Shown: one piece after another, positions 1-10,539 of the stretch
Layout of the letters: every line of letters starts with the position of its first letter
Position numbering within the stretch: position 1 is the first letter of the stretch
DNA from: a virus
Lineage: Duplodnaviria; Caudoviricetes
IMG/VR virus record: IMGVR_UViG_3300028048_000040
Location: 160,001 to 224,000 of that record
Strand: one strand, 5' to 3'
DNA: 64,000 nucleotides
Position numbers and translations under genes: made by a program
Notes under the pieces: generated by a model
Told to the model about the DNA's origin: nothing
What the model saw: only the letters and a program-made list of their open reading frames with translations
Databases searched by the model: none

Positions 1-2584
1 AAGAAATATAATTTCTCATGCTTTATCTTTAGGTATAAATAAAATCTTTGCAGTTCCTTCATATATTGATATTACTTTAAACTTACCAGAATCTAAATTA
101 GTAGAGAATCTTATTCAAGATCCTGATATAGTAAACTCTGCTAGTTATACTGGTGGTGCTCCTAAAGATACATTTATCTTAGATAAAGATTGTGTATTCC
201 ATATAGGAACAGATGAAGAGTATGAGTATCATCTAGATTATGATATCAAAATAAAAAGAAATATACTTGCTAATGGTACTTATGTATACAATGCTATGTA
301 TATGACTGATAGCTGGCATAATGAAATGGTTACTCTTAATAATCCATATCTACCAGCTATAGGTATAGTCAATGTAGAGGGAGATAACATGTTATCTATC
401 AAAACCTCTATAAGGCAATATACCCATACAGAAATCTATCATAAGATCATTGTAGAAAATCCATTAGAGAATAAGATACTCAATTTCACATGGAATGATC
501 AATTAGTATTCTTCTATGTAGAAGTAGATGAGACTAATGATTCTGGTGGTACTGATAAACATATATTAGTCCCAGTATATGATGGTCTTTATAATGATAC
601 CACTGTTACTCAAGAATATATAAACTTTATATTCTTAGATGATAAGAATATCAGGCTTAAATTCAATAGAGATGTATATCAACCTAGAAGAAATGCTAAT
701 ATAACTATTCATGTTATAACTTGCTTAGGTGATGAGACTAACTTTATGCTAGCTCCGTCATATTATAAAGTAGGACCACTAAACTCTTCTAGATTTAATT
801 ATGCATCTATGTATTATATGATTACTCCTGTAGGAGACTCTATAGATGGCCAGAACAAATTATCTGTAGAACAGCTTAAACATATAATTCCTCAAGAAGC
901 AATATCTAGAGGATCTATATCTACATATACTGATCTTAATAATGCATTCAACTCTGTTCAAACTCCAGATATTAAAATGACTTTCTTAAGAAAAGTTCAT
1001 AATCAGATAGAAAGATTGTATTATGCTTATCTCTTATTAAGAGATCAGAATAAGAATATAGTGCCAACAAATACAGTTACTTCTTATCTAGAAAGAGATG
1101 TATTTGACTCTATTACTAAATATAACTTTATTCTTAAACCTGGAGCGATATTCTATCAAGATCCAGAAGATGAAAAAGTTAAAGTAAAAGCTCAAGGAGA
1201 TTATACTCAAGATGATATAGATTATATGGATAATAAATCATTCTTATATACTTGCCCTTATCTTATCGTAATGAACAAATCTCCATTCTATGTATCATAT
1301 TACATGACTATGGTATATTATACGAGAGATATGTACTTCAAGTATATAAATGATAAGTCTCTCTTACAGTTTATTGCTCTTAGCTTTACATTCCATAGAG
1401 ATATGTATCCTACTGCGGATATAGATGACATTACAGATCCAGATTATCTTGAAAATGATAATTCTGTATATCATCTAGAAATGACCGTAGTGCAAAATAT
1501 AGCAACTGATTATGATATGGTTACATATGATGATACTGGTGCTATGGATGAATGTAGATTATCTATCTATTTAGTTCTTTATCAGAAAGATAGTGAAGGA
1601 CAAGAATACCCATTCAAATATGTAAAGGGTGTAATGACTCAGTTTGATGAATCTGATTCTTCATTCAATTTTGAATTTAGATTTAAATCTAGTGATAGAT
1701 TTGCTAAGCTAGGTTCTTATATCAATATAGTAAAAGGGTTAAAGAATATTGGTACTGGTGTAGATGTAGAAGCTTATCTACCTCCTAATATTGGTGCTAA
1801 GTTCTTTATCTTAGCTAAATTTGATAATGAATTTGGTAGAGATTATGAATTTGATCATGATGGTAATATTTTAAATTGTGATGATCTTATTCCTAACCTA
1901 ACTGGTTATACTCTTACTAATGTATATGATGCAGGAGACCAAGGATTAGATATATTCTATGACTATTCTGATCTTAATAATTCTTATTGTGAATTAGGTA
2001 AGAATACATTAACTGGAGATAATAATTTCACTATCTATAAAGTTCCTGTAATAAGATATACTTATATGAATACAGAAGCTAAGTGGAGATCTATCATGAG
2101 AATGATTGATAGAAGAAGAAGATATATTCAAAACGTATTACTCCTTCTAGAAGATTCATTTGGTATAGATTATAAATTCTATAATACTTATGGTAAATCT
2201 CTTACTTATAATATTGAGAAAGAAGAGCAGATTGATAGAATCAATCTTAATCTTAGATTTGAAATCAAGTTCATCTCTGAATCTGAAAATGTTATTCTTT
2301 CTAATATCACTACATCTATCAAAGAATATATAGAAGATCTGAATAATGTATCTGATCTACATATGCCTAACTTGATTACATATATAACCAATCTATATAG
2401 AGATCATATCATTTATATTAAGTTTATTGGACTTAATGATTATGAATCTCTCTATCAGTCTATCTATAAGAATCCAATCTTATCTGATAACTATTTCGTT
2501 GAAACTCAGACTGTACCAGAATTTATCAATGTAAATACTAATAGATTCGAATTACCAGATATTGAATATAAAGTAGTAAGCTAA
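1..2584 (+). CDS. Baseplate wedge-like virion protein, 5' end outside the window
   Basis: Frame is open from position 2 (RNIISHALSLG...) into the listed ORF. GQNKLSVEQLKHIIPQEAISRGSISTYTDL resembles the T4 gp6/baseplate-J GG.D.E...R..T..D motif. Confidence 0.6.
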   Translation, partial: RNIISHALSLGINKIFAVPSYIDITLNLPESKLVENLIQDPDIVNSASYTGGAPKDTFILDKDCVFHIGTDEEYEYHLDYDIKIKRNILANGTYVYNAMYMTDSWHNEMVTLNNPYLPAIGIVNVEGDNMLSIKTSIRQYTHTEIYHKIIVENPLENKILNFTWNDQLVFFYVEVDETNDSGGTDKHILVPVYDGLYNDTTVTQEYINFIFLDDKNIRLKFNRDVYQPRRNANITIHVITCLGDETNFMLAPSYYKVGPLNSSRFNYASMYYMITPVGDSIDGQNKLSVEQLKHIIPQEAISRGSISTYTDLNNAFNSVQTPDIKMTFLRKVHNQIERLYYAYLLLRDQNKNIVPTNTVTSYLERDVFDSITKYNFILKPGAIFYQDPEDEKVKVKAQGDYTQDDIDYMDNKSFLYTCPYLIVMNKSPFYVSYYMTMVYYTRDMYFKYINDKSLLQFIALSFTFHRDMYPTADIDDITDPDYLENDNSVYHLEMTVVQNIATDYDMVTYDDTGAMDECRLSIYLVLYQKDSEGQEYPFKYVKGVMTQFDESDSSFNFEFRFKSSDRFAKLGSYINIVKGLKNIGTGVDVEAYLPPNIGAKFFILAKFDNEFGRDYEFDHDGNILNCDDLIPNLTGYTLTNVYDAGDQGLDIFYDYSDLNNSYCELGKNTLTGDNNFTIYKVPVIRYTYMNTEAKWRSIMRMIDRRRRYIQNVLLLLEDSFGIDYKFYNTYGKSLTYNIEKEEQIDRINLNLRFEIKFISESENVILSNITTSIKEYIEDLNNVSDLHMPNLITYITNLYRDHIIYIKFIGLNDYESLYQSIYKNPILSDNYFVETQTVPEFINVNTNRFELPDIEYKVVS

Positions 2585-2589
2585 TAACA

Positions 2590-2617
2590 TACCAGAGTAC
2601 CAAATGGTACTCTGGTA
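2590..2617 (+). terminator. Terminator hairpin
   Basis: TACCAGAGTACC-AAAT-GGTACTCTGGTA immediately after the stop. Confidence 0.7.
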
Positions 2618-2711
2618 AACTTATAATTTATAATTGTATATTATAGTCGTGATAAAGTTAGAAGCTCATCATGGTGGTGAGCTCATGTTTAAAAAAGAAA
2701 GGAGCTTTATC

Positions 2712-3137
2712 ATGGAAAACAAAATTTACAGAGACCACCCTGCACATGTATCCGCAAAAACGGCAGATATGATTCATATTTTAAATCATATCTGGAGTGA
2801 GGGCTATATCGACGATCACGATAAGAAGTGGGTTCGTCCATCCGACATCTATCAAGTTGGATTTTGGACCAATTTCCGTGCCGAACAGATTGTTCCTGTA
2901 TTCAAAGGGTCTTTCTGCATCAATCCATTTTATGTGGATGAAGAGGATGGGAATATCCATCTGGATACCTGCTCTTGTGGCGGGACCGTAATAGGCGGTG
3001 ATATAGACCGCTTTAATCATGAAATGAGCCCAAATAATGGGGAGGGGTGGCATACATTTGAACATCTATTTCCCCTCACTGAAGAGGGTTGGAACCGGAT
3101 CAAGGATCGCAAGATGTTCCAAGTAGAAGAAGAATAA
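2712..3137 (+). CDS. Hypothetical protein, GC-richer than its flanks
   Basis: AGGAG RBS before ATG 2712 (MENKIY); own terminator at 3146-3194. Confidence 0.7.
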   Translation: MENKIYRDHPAHVSAKTADMIHILNHIWSEGYIDDHDKKWVRPSDIYQVGFWTNFRAEQIVPVFKGSFCINPFYVDEEDGNIHLDTCSCGGTVIGGDIDRFNHEMSPNNGEGWHTFEHLFPLTEEGWNRIKDRKMFQVEEE

Positions 3138-3213
3138 CAAAAACAAAAATAGAAGCACTAGAGCACGATTCTCTAACGTGCTTCTATTTTTTTTGAGTAA
3201 ACTTATTTTTAGA

Positions 3214-3223
3214 TATATACTAT
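3214..3223 (+). promoter_or_regulatory. Early-type phage promoter motif TATATA(C/T)TAT (representative copy)
   Basis: Intergenic copies on + at 3214, 4286, 7459, 10486, 12620, 14521, 24825, 24931, 29190, 31219, 38496, 44076, 45591, 46038, 46631, 51330, 57986, 59035, 60054, 60696, 62534, and on - at ~50198, 51143, 57562. Often preceded by (G)TAAA(C). Resembles the TATATTA-type early promoter of phiKZ. Confidence 0.8.
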
Positions 3224-3257
3224 TTATATGAGTTATGAGTTGAAGGAGGAATAGTTT

Positions 3258-3578
3258 ATGTTAACCAAAGAAGAACTCTCATTATGCAATTCCAAGGAAG
3301 ATTATTTAATTCGATATTTATTATGCTCTCTTGCTAAGAGCGATATCGAATTAGGAAAGAAATATCGAGAAGCTTTAAGATTTTTTGATATTCATTCTAA
3401 AGGTAAAAGAACAGATACAGAGAAAGAAAAGGTGAAAGAATATGCATCTCTATTTGTAGATATAAGAACTACTTTATATAGAGCTGTAAGAAGATTAACA
3501 AATCACGAGAAAGCGGACTTATTAGAGTATGATAATAAGATGGATGAGTTTTTGAGTAGTATTAAATTAGGAGAGTAA
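3258..3578 (+). CDS. Hypothetical protein
   Basis: GGGAGG RBS, downstream of an early promoter. Confidence 0.75.
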   Translation: MLTKEELSLCNSKEDYLIRYLLCSLAKSDIELGKKYREALRFFDIHSKGKRTDTEKEKVKEYASLFVDIRTTLYRAVRRLTNHEKADLLEYDNKMDEFLSSIKLGE

Positions 3579-3580
3579 AT

Positions 3581-4279
3581 ATGCAATTCAATTATCTAAA
3601 TGCTGTGAATGTATTCACAGATGCATCAAATCTACCTGCTATGAATGGTAGAAAAGAAAATATCATATGCCCTGCTTATATAGTATCAATCAATGGATCA
3701 ATATTAGAATATGGATCCAGATTGATTAAGAATGCTACAGCAGCATATGGAGAATTATATGCATTAGCTATGGGAGTTCAAGCAGCTACTAGGTATGCCT
3801 ATACTGGCATGCCTATTTATATCTATTCTGATTCTGAAATATCTGTATCTGCATGTACTAAATGGTTAGAAAAATGGTATATGAATGGACGGGATAATTT
3901 CTATCTTACGAAAGGGGATAAGAATCCTGCTGCTAATCAAGAATTAGTTCTAGATATAGTAAAGATGGTATGTCAAGCTAATATGAAAATAGGTTTAATA
4001 AATATATTAGGTCATACTAGAAATGAAGATGTATCTGCTATGGAAAAATTCAGATATTATTTCTATAGAGCTAATCATATTAATGGAAGAGTTCCTATAG
4101 AACACTTACAGAATATGGCTTTATTCAATGATAAAGTAGATACTATATCTAGAACTGCATTAAAGAATATATGTAATCCTAATCATCCTATAGTAAATGC
4201 AAAGGAACAAGTACCAGGAATCTATTGGTATCCTAAGGATGAAGATATTCAACTATATTTGTCATTAGTCAATAAGTAA
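3581..4279 (+). CDS. rnhA: Ribonuclease HI-like protein
   Basis: Motifs VFTDAS, YGELYA, IYSDS, ILGH, NDKVD give the D-E-D-H-D catalytic set. Confidence 0.8.
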   Translation: MQFNYLNAVNVFTDASNLPAMNGRKENIICPAYIVSINGSILEYGSRLIKNATAAYGELYALAMGVQAATRYAYTGMPIYIYSDSEISVSACTKWLEKWYMNGRDNFYLTKGDKNPAANQELVLDIVKMVCQANMKIGLINILGHTRNEDVSAMEKFRYYFYRANHINGRVPIEHLQNMALFNDKVDTISRTALKNICNPNHPIVNAKEQVPGIYWYPKDEDIQLYLSLVNK

Positions 4280-4362
4280 TTCAAGCATATACTATATCAA
4301 TGATAGTTTGGAGAGTAATCTCCAAACTGAAATTTAAATCTTACTGAAAGGGAGAATTTTTT

Positions 4363-7300
4363 ATGTATTACAATGGCCAAGTGGTACAACAACCTCCTGG
4401 ATTTGTCGATCCAAACCAACAGATCATGCTGACACCAGAACAGCAAGATCAAATGAGAATTAAGTGTACTCCTAGTACTTATGTTATCAACAATCCTAGA
4501 GTACAACTTCAAGAACCTGTGTTAGAATATAATTATGGTGATGGGAGAGACTATGTTAGTGCAGTTCCTGATATCTCTAATCCTGCATTTAACCAAGAGA
4601 TAGCAAATGCAGGAGGATTAGAAAATGTTCTTAAGAAATATCCGTATCAGCAACTTAAGATTGATGATAATGGAAAGCTTGCACCAGTTAATCAGAATTT
4701 GGGATATGATCCTACGATTACTAATGCTTATCATGTTATGTATCATTCTAATCTCAATAAGCAAAAGCAACAAGAAGAGAAAAAGAACGCTGTTATGGAA
4801 GATATAGCTCCTGGATCTACTACTCCCAATATCTTTGTTCCTCATTATAATAGACCTGGTGCTATTGCTAAGAAATTAGTTGATATTGATGATGTAGCTA
4901 ATCATAAGGAGGAAGAAATGTATGGTCCAAGTTTGTTTAGCTTAGTTGATATGGGAGATAAACCAGAAGAACTTTATGGATATGAAAAGATAGAACAAGC
5001 ATATCATATGGAACCTGAAAATGTTGTAGCAGATTATAGAGTGCTTCAAGAAAGTAATGTTGTATATAATCCAGCACAACAAGAAACCTATATGATTGAT
5101 AACAATCGTATCCCTGAGTTTATAGATGTATCTAATCCAACTAATGTGGTATTTAAACATCCTAATCCAGACTATAGCAAAGCTCCTCAACAAGTTAATC
5201 AACAACAATTCCAACAAGCAAATCCAGGATATAGTTATTATGGACAACAACCAATGATTCAATATCCTCAGGCTAATCAAGTAGGTACAGGATATAGTTA
5301 TGATAGTGGAATGAATCCTAATATCTTTGGTTGGAATAGAAATGATCAAGTAGCTCCATTTGGATCTACTCCAACAACAAATCCTAATTTAGCAAATCTC
5401 TTACTTAGTGTATTCAATCCTGCTACTGGCAAAGATGAATGGGTTCAATCTGGAGGACAACCATCACAATCTAATATGGTTAATTTCAGTGATATGAACT
5501 CTGCTAAGGGTAAGATTACAAACAACGCTATGTTCAATAACATGAAAAATCCCAATATTCAATATGGAGGTAACAATGTAAACTCATATAATCCATATCA
5601 AGCAAGAAACAATAGTCTATGGTTTAATACTCAAAGTGCATATAACAATAATGGATTCTATAGTCCTGGATATTATGGAGGAGGATCTGCAACTCCAGGA
5701 AAGAATCCAATTCAACAAACTTTTGCTCATTTAACAGATTTCGACTATAAGCATGGTTTAGGTATTAAAGTAGCAGTAAGAAATACTGGAAAGAAGGTAG
5801 AAACTAAGAAAGAAAGAGATCTTAAAGCATATGGTCATACTCCAGAACCAAAGAGAAAACTTACATATCTTGAAAAGCTGACACAAGTACCAACAGTTAG
5901 AGTTTACACTTATAAAAATGAAGAACCTGATGCTGAAAAGAAAGATGAGATATTCTGGGATAAAGATAGCATGCAGAAATATACTGAAGCTATGAAGAAA
6001 GCTATAGAGCTTAAAGCAACTGATGAAGAAAGTAAGATGATGCAAGATCATCCGATGAAATTGTCTGAAGCAGATAAGAAGATGGCTGAACAGATTGCTG
6101 ATCATATGGAGGAATGGGATGAAGTATATGCAACTCTGATAAGAATGTATGCTTCTGATGAAGCAACTGAACATCCTGCATTGAACTGGATGAGTCAAGA
6201 GCATTTCTATGTGTTTATGAGACTTGCTAGAGGTAGAATTAAGTGGCTGCAAAGAATGGATATAAATGACAAGTCTAGAAACTATCATAGAGATTATAGA
6301 TATCTCCAGATTCCATTGTATAAGGTTAATCCCAATGATCCAAATGACAGAAAATATTTGTATCGAGAAGAAGAAGAGGACTATTTTGAATTGAGAGAGG
6401 TTGATAAGAATGGTAATATCTATCATGTAGTAGACCATGGTGAAGATATACCAGATGATGTAAGAAGAGCATTTATGGATGATATGAATACACAGATCAA
6501 ATATCGTGTAGAAGCTATGCGTATCTATGAGAAGTCTATGTGGTTAATCAAAGAAAGAGAAGGGAAGAAATTAAATGATCAGATGGATAGTAACGAGAGT
6601 GCTAAACGTGGTAATTCAGTATGCGGTTACGAAATTGACGGATCTAATTACGGAAAAGATAAGACAGATGAGAACAGCTCGTTCAATGGCATGAATTATA
6701 ATTATATGAGCTATGGTGCTCGTATGTATTATGAGAAACAAGAGCAACAGCGTAGAGAGCATCAGAAGATGGTGGATAATCAAAAGATGGTCTTTAGAAA
6801 AGCTTTTGGGAGTTCTATGACAGAGAAGCAATTTAATGATTTCTGGTATGGTCCTCAGAATAATCCAGATAATCAATTAGATCCTGTATGGAAGAGACAA
6901 CAAGAGCTTGCTGCTGTGACTAGAGCTAATATAGATACTCTGTTTAAAGCTAAACCTTATCCTGAGAATTCTGAAGAGATACTTAATAATTTTGAGATTA
7001 AGAGACTTAGAGAAATGGATAAGGGATGTATGGAAGGAGTAACAGAACTCAAAGACTATTTTGATAACTTTGGTTATTTGGTAAACTTGTGTGAAATGGA
7101 TGATGCTAAACAAAAGCAAAAAGCTGGAGGAGGAATAATCTATAAGTTAAATAAGAAACTCAAAACAACAATGGGTTTTGTCAAAGAAAATATGGAAAAG
7201 ACAGTAGATATCATGAAAGATTCTTTGGGTATAGATAGTAGTATACTTAAGAAGGTTACAGAAGATTGTTTCAATTGTCTCAGTTCAGATGAAGATGGTA

Positions 7301-7428
7301 ACTCCTATATAGATCTGACTAAAGATGATAATTGGAATGCAAATCGTCAGACTTTCATAGAAAAATGCTGTCGTGGTGATCAAGATCCTATAAGAGTTAG
7401 ATATACTCCATTACCCTTTCCAATGTAA
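4363..7428 (+). CDS. Large hypothetical protein with Q/N/P/Y/G-rich low-complexity N-terminal half
   Basis: 1021-aa ORF with GGGAG RBS and early promoter. Confidence 0.8.
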   Translation: MYYNGQVVQQPPGFVDPNQQIMLTPEQQDQMRIKCTPSTYVINNPRVQLQEPVLEYNYGDGRDYVSAVPDISNPAFNQEIANAGGLENVLKKYPYQQLKIDDNGKLAPVNQNLGYDPTITNAYHVMYHSNLNKQKQQEEKKNAVMEDIAPGSTTPNIFVPHYNRPGAIAKKLVDIDDVANHKEEEMYGPSLFSLVDMGDKPEELYGYEKIEQAYHMEPENVVADYRVLQESNVVYNPAQQETYMIDNNRIPEFIDVSNPTNVVFKHPNPDYSKAPQQVNQQQFQQANPGYSYYGQQPMIQYPQANQVGTGYSYDSGMNPNIFGWNRNDQVAPFGSTPTTNPNLANLLLSVFNPATGKDEWVQSGGQPSQSNMVNFSDMNSAKGKITNNAMFNNMKNPNIQYGGNNVNSYNPYQARNNSLWFNTQSAYNNNGFYSPGYYGGGSATPGKNPIQQTFAHLTDFDYKHGLGIKVAVRNTGKKVETKKERDLKAYGHTPEPKRKLTYLEKLTQVPTVRVYTYKNEEPDAEKKDEIFWDKDSMQKYTEAMKKAIELKATDEESKMMQDHPMKLSEADKKMAEQIADHMEEWDEVYATLIRMYASDEATEHPALNWMSQEHFYVFMRLARGRIKWLQRMDINDKSRNYHRDYRYLQIPLYKVNPNDPNDRKYLYREEEEDYFELREVDKNGNIYHVVDHGEDIPDDVRRAFMDDMNTQIKYRVEAMRIYEKSMWLIKEREGKKLNDQMDSNESAKRGNSVCGYEIDGSNYGKDKTDENSSFNGMNYNYMSYGARMYYEKQEQQRREHQKMVDNQKMVFRKAFGSSMTEKQFNDFWYGPQNNPDNQLDPVWKRQQELAAVTRANIDTLFKAKPYPENSEEILNNFEIKRLREMDKGCMEGVTELKDYFDNFGYLVNLCEMDDAKQKQKAGGGIIYKLNKKLKTTMGFVKENMEKTVDIMKDSLGIDSSILKKVTEDCFNCLSSDEDGNSYIDLTKDDNWNANRQTFIEKCCRGDQDPIRVRYTPLPFPM

Positions 7429-7488
7429 TTCATAGAGAGGAGAAATCCTCTCTATGAATATATACTATATATACGAAGGGGTGAGTAA

Positions 7489-9642
7489 ATGAACAATCAT
7501 GATCAACAATTGGAAAATCTAGATTTTATAATGAGATTTCAATCTGATCAAACAATAGGAAAGTTCTTAAAACCATTCTCTATTCAAGATTGGAATGCGA
7601 TTCAAAGACCTCCTATAGAATGTTATATACCTCAGGTAGGTCTAGATAATCTTAGAGCTCTTGTTAATGATCCTGCTTGGATGAATAAGACTGCTAAGAA
7701 GAAAAAAGAAGCTAGAAAAATACTAAAACAGTTTGGTCTAACTCAAATAGCAGCTGGAACCAATAGAATGTGTTTTGGTTGTGAGTATGACCCTGGAATA
7801 GTATTTAAACTAGGACTTGATAGAGTAGGAAGGAGCGATAATCTTGCTGAATCATATAATCAATATTTCCTAAATGGGTTTGGGGCTAAGATTATACATG
7901 TACTCCCAGATGGAATACTAGGTATGTGTGAAAGAGTTCAGACTATGGATCAAAAGACATATGCTGAGCATTCTGATATCATATATCGCTTAATCACATA
8001 TTGGTCTGTCTGTAAAAATATTCTCATAGAAGATATAGGTTGTAACTTCTTTAAGAATTGGGGAGTTAGATTAGGATTTGGTCCAGTATTATTAGACTAT
8101 CCATATGTGTATAAAGTTAGTCCATTCAAATTAGTATGTCATAGAAAAGACCCTATAACACAACAAGAATGTATGGGGCATATTGATTATGACCCAGGAT
8201 TGAATCAAATTGTATGTGATAGATGTGGTGTTAGATATGGTATATCTGATATTGCAGATATGGGCATAGAGGAATTAGTGAAGAAAGCAATTAGCATGAA
8301 AGGAAAGGTGTTATCCATGGCTTTGGTAAATACGAATGTAAAGGTAAGCATTAAGAGAGGTAATAAGATTGTAAACAGACTTTACAATGAATCTGATAAT
8401 AAGTTAGATAAGAACAATATAGTTGGTGGTAAGATTGTTACTTCTAAGAAGATAGATAATCTTCCTAAAGATTTACAAGATGGAGCTAAGAAACTTTGTA
8501 GTGAATTGACCAGTAAAACAGTTACAGCTGTTCATCAAGCCAAAGAACCTAAACCAATTGATGTTGAAGAATTGAAGAAAAAACACTACCATTTCTATCC
8601 TAGAGCAGTCAAGAATGATATAATCTATTTCCTTAAAAGAATAGAACGAATCCATGGTGTAGATATGGCTCTTGAATTAGCTGATAGATTACAGATAAAG
8701 TATAATGTGATGAACTATGAACAAGACAAGCAGGAAGAAGTACCCAGCAAAGAAGAGAAAACGGAAGATATCAAAGCAGAAGAGCATAGTGAAACCAAGC
8801 AAGAAGAAAAAGTTGAAACCAAAGAAGAGACTGTAGAGGAAGAACCTGTAGTTATTGGAGGAAACAAAGAAGCTACAGTATCTGATGATGGCACTACAGA
8901 TACAGATAAACCTAAAGACGGTTTGTTTGTTGCTAGAGCTTTGACTGCTGCTGAGATTGAAGCTATGAGCATGGCTAATAGTAAAGAAAATGCTATAATG
9001 GGTTTCCCTGGTGAGCCTTTAGTAGATACTATGAAGTTTAAAGAACTCATGCCTCGTATTCAGGAACTTGTGGTAAAGAAGTTTGATAACTTTGCTATGG
9101 CTACTCAAGATATAGATGATATCTGCAACGATCTGTCTATGAAAATCAAAGACTATATCTATGAAGATGTGAAATCTATTATGCAAGGTGATGTAGAAGC
9201 TCTGAAGGTAGATGTAGTAAAAACAGTAGACACTAGAAACAAAGATTGCTATTCTGTTAAAGCAGATAATAGAGGTACTGAGTTGTTTGATATCCTTCTC
9301 TATCCAAAAGCTGATGAAGATGAAGCATCTGATGGTGAATATAAGTATGATGAACTTATTGCAGATGAAGATAAACTGAATGCATTCTTTGGTAAGACTT
9401 TAGAAGATATGGGCATTACTTCTTTAGGAAAGACTATAGATGGTTACGAAGATATCAATGAAGCAAAGAATGATATGATTGGTCTCTTGTTTGCTGCTCT
9501 TATGGATACTAGAGATAAGAATATCAACTATGGATTACAACATAATCCTGCGATGGAAGCAGCAAAGAAGTATGTTGAGGAGAACTACAACTTTACTACT
9601 AAAGAAGTAGAAACTGAATCTACAGTAGCAGATGAATTGTAA
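7489..9642 (+). CDS. Protein-kinase-like domain, Zn ribbon and acidic C-terminal region
   Basis: IAAGTNR (Gly loop), VFK, EDIG...KNWG, LLDYPY; Cys cluster ending CDRC. Confidence 0.6.
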   Translation: MNNHDQQLENLDFIMRFQSDQTIGKFLKPFSIQDWNAIQRPPIECYIPQVGLDNLRALVNDPAWMNKTAKKKKEARKILKQFGLTQIAAGTNRMCFGCEYDPGIVFKLGLDRVGRSDNLAESYNQYFLNGFGAKIIHVLPDGILGMCERVQTMDQKTYAEHSDIIYRLITYWSVCKNILIEDIGCNFFKNWGVRLGFGPVLLDYPYVYKVSPFKLVCHRKDPITQQECMGHIDYDPGLNQIVCDRCGVRYGISDIADMGIEELVKKAISMKGKVLSMALVNTNVKVSIKRGNKIVNRLYNESDNKLDKNNIVGGKIVTSKKIDNLPKDLQDGAKKLCSELTSKTVTAVHQAKEPKPIDVEELKKKHYHFYPRAVKNDIIYFLKRIERIHGVDMALELADRLQIKYNVMNYEQDKQEEVPSKEEKTEDIKAEEHSETKQEEKVETKEETVEEEPVVIGGNKEATVSDDGTTDTDKPKDGLFVARALTAAEIEAMSMANSKENAIMGFPGEPLVDTMKFKELMPRIQELVVKKFDNFAMATQDIDDICNDLSMKIKDYIYEDVKSIMQGDVEALKVDVVKTVDTRNKDCYSVKADNRGTELFDILLYPKADEDEASDGEYKYDELIADEDKLNAFFGKTLEDMGITSLGKTIDGYEDINEAKNDMIGLLFAALMDTRDKNINYGLQHNPAMEAAKKYVEENYNFTTKEVETESTVADEL

Positions 9643-9703
9643 GAACTGAAGGACTGCTCCACATTATAGTGGAGCAGTCTAATTAATTAAGAGGTGATAA
9701 CTT

Positions 9704-10480
9704 ATGAATGTACCAACTCAATATCCACCAGTAATGGATGGATTATTATATGCTACCATAGATATGGGAGCAGTAGAAGATGCATTACAAAGAGGATGGA
9801 TAGTTGCTATGGTATCTGAAACTATGCCAGTACAACATCCTAACTGTGGTTCTTTATCTATGCTTTTACCACCATTTCCTGTATTAGAAGCATATTCTAA
9901 TCAACAACCTCAAATGGCTAGAGCTATATATCTAGAATATCTGAATTCTATAGATTTGGATCAAACTATATCTAAAGTTTTAGGTTGTCTTAGAAACTTT
10001 AAGAGAGTTCTATTATATATAGAACCAGATCCTAATAAAGAATTCCATATTTTAGATACTATAGCAGAATTCATGATGAATGTATTTGGTCTTAGAATAG
10101 GTATGTATAATCATCCTGATATGCCTGCTGGTATCTTTGCTAGTCCTATGACTAACTTTAACATAGCAGATTGTCTGTTTAGAAATGGAGCAATATCTAA
10201 AGAAGAATATGCATTTATGATTCCTCCGGAATGTGTACCTTCTAATGCATCTTGTGCTCTTCTATTACAATCTATAAACTTTGGTATGGGTAGTGTAGAA
10301 GATGTGCTAAGAGTAACTTGTCAGTTATTACATGAGATAAGACAAACTGTTACTACAGGTAGACCATCTCCTGTAATGATAATAAATGACAAAGATATTG
10401 CTAAACAGAAAGCACAGATAAACCAGATAGTGCAAAATTCTAAGACTATTTATGGAGATCAAGACAAACCAAATATATAA
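9704..10480 (+). CDS. Hypothetical protein
   Basis: GAGGTG RBS; 258 aa. Confidence 0.8.
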   Translation: MNVPTQYPPVMDGLLYATIDMGAVEDALQRGWIVAMVSETMPVQHPNCGSLSMLLPPFPVLEAYSNQQPQMARAIYLEYLNSIDLDQTISKVLGCLRNFKRVLLYIEPDPNKEFHILDTIAEFMMNVFGLRIGMYNHPDMPAGIFASPMTNFNIADCLFRNGAISKEEYAFMIPPECVPSNASCALLLQSINFGMGSVEDVLRVTCQLLHEIRQTVTTGRPSPVMIINDKDIAKQKAQINQIVQNSKTIYGDQDKPNI

Positions 10481-10539
10481 ATAGGCATATATTATAGTAG
10501 TGGTTAGATTAATCTACACATATAAAGGAGAAATGAAAA

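Noticed and set aside
4297-9050. Antisense and alternate-frame ORFs such as 5758-6438 and 8715-9050 (also 10779-11291, 44133-44648)
   Set aside because: Shadows of real genes, with no RBS and biased composition.
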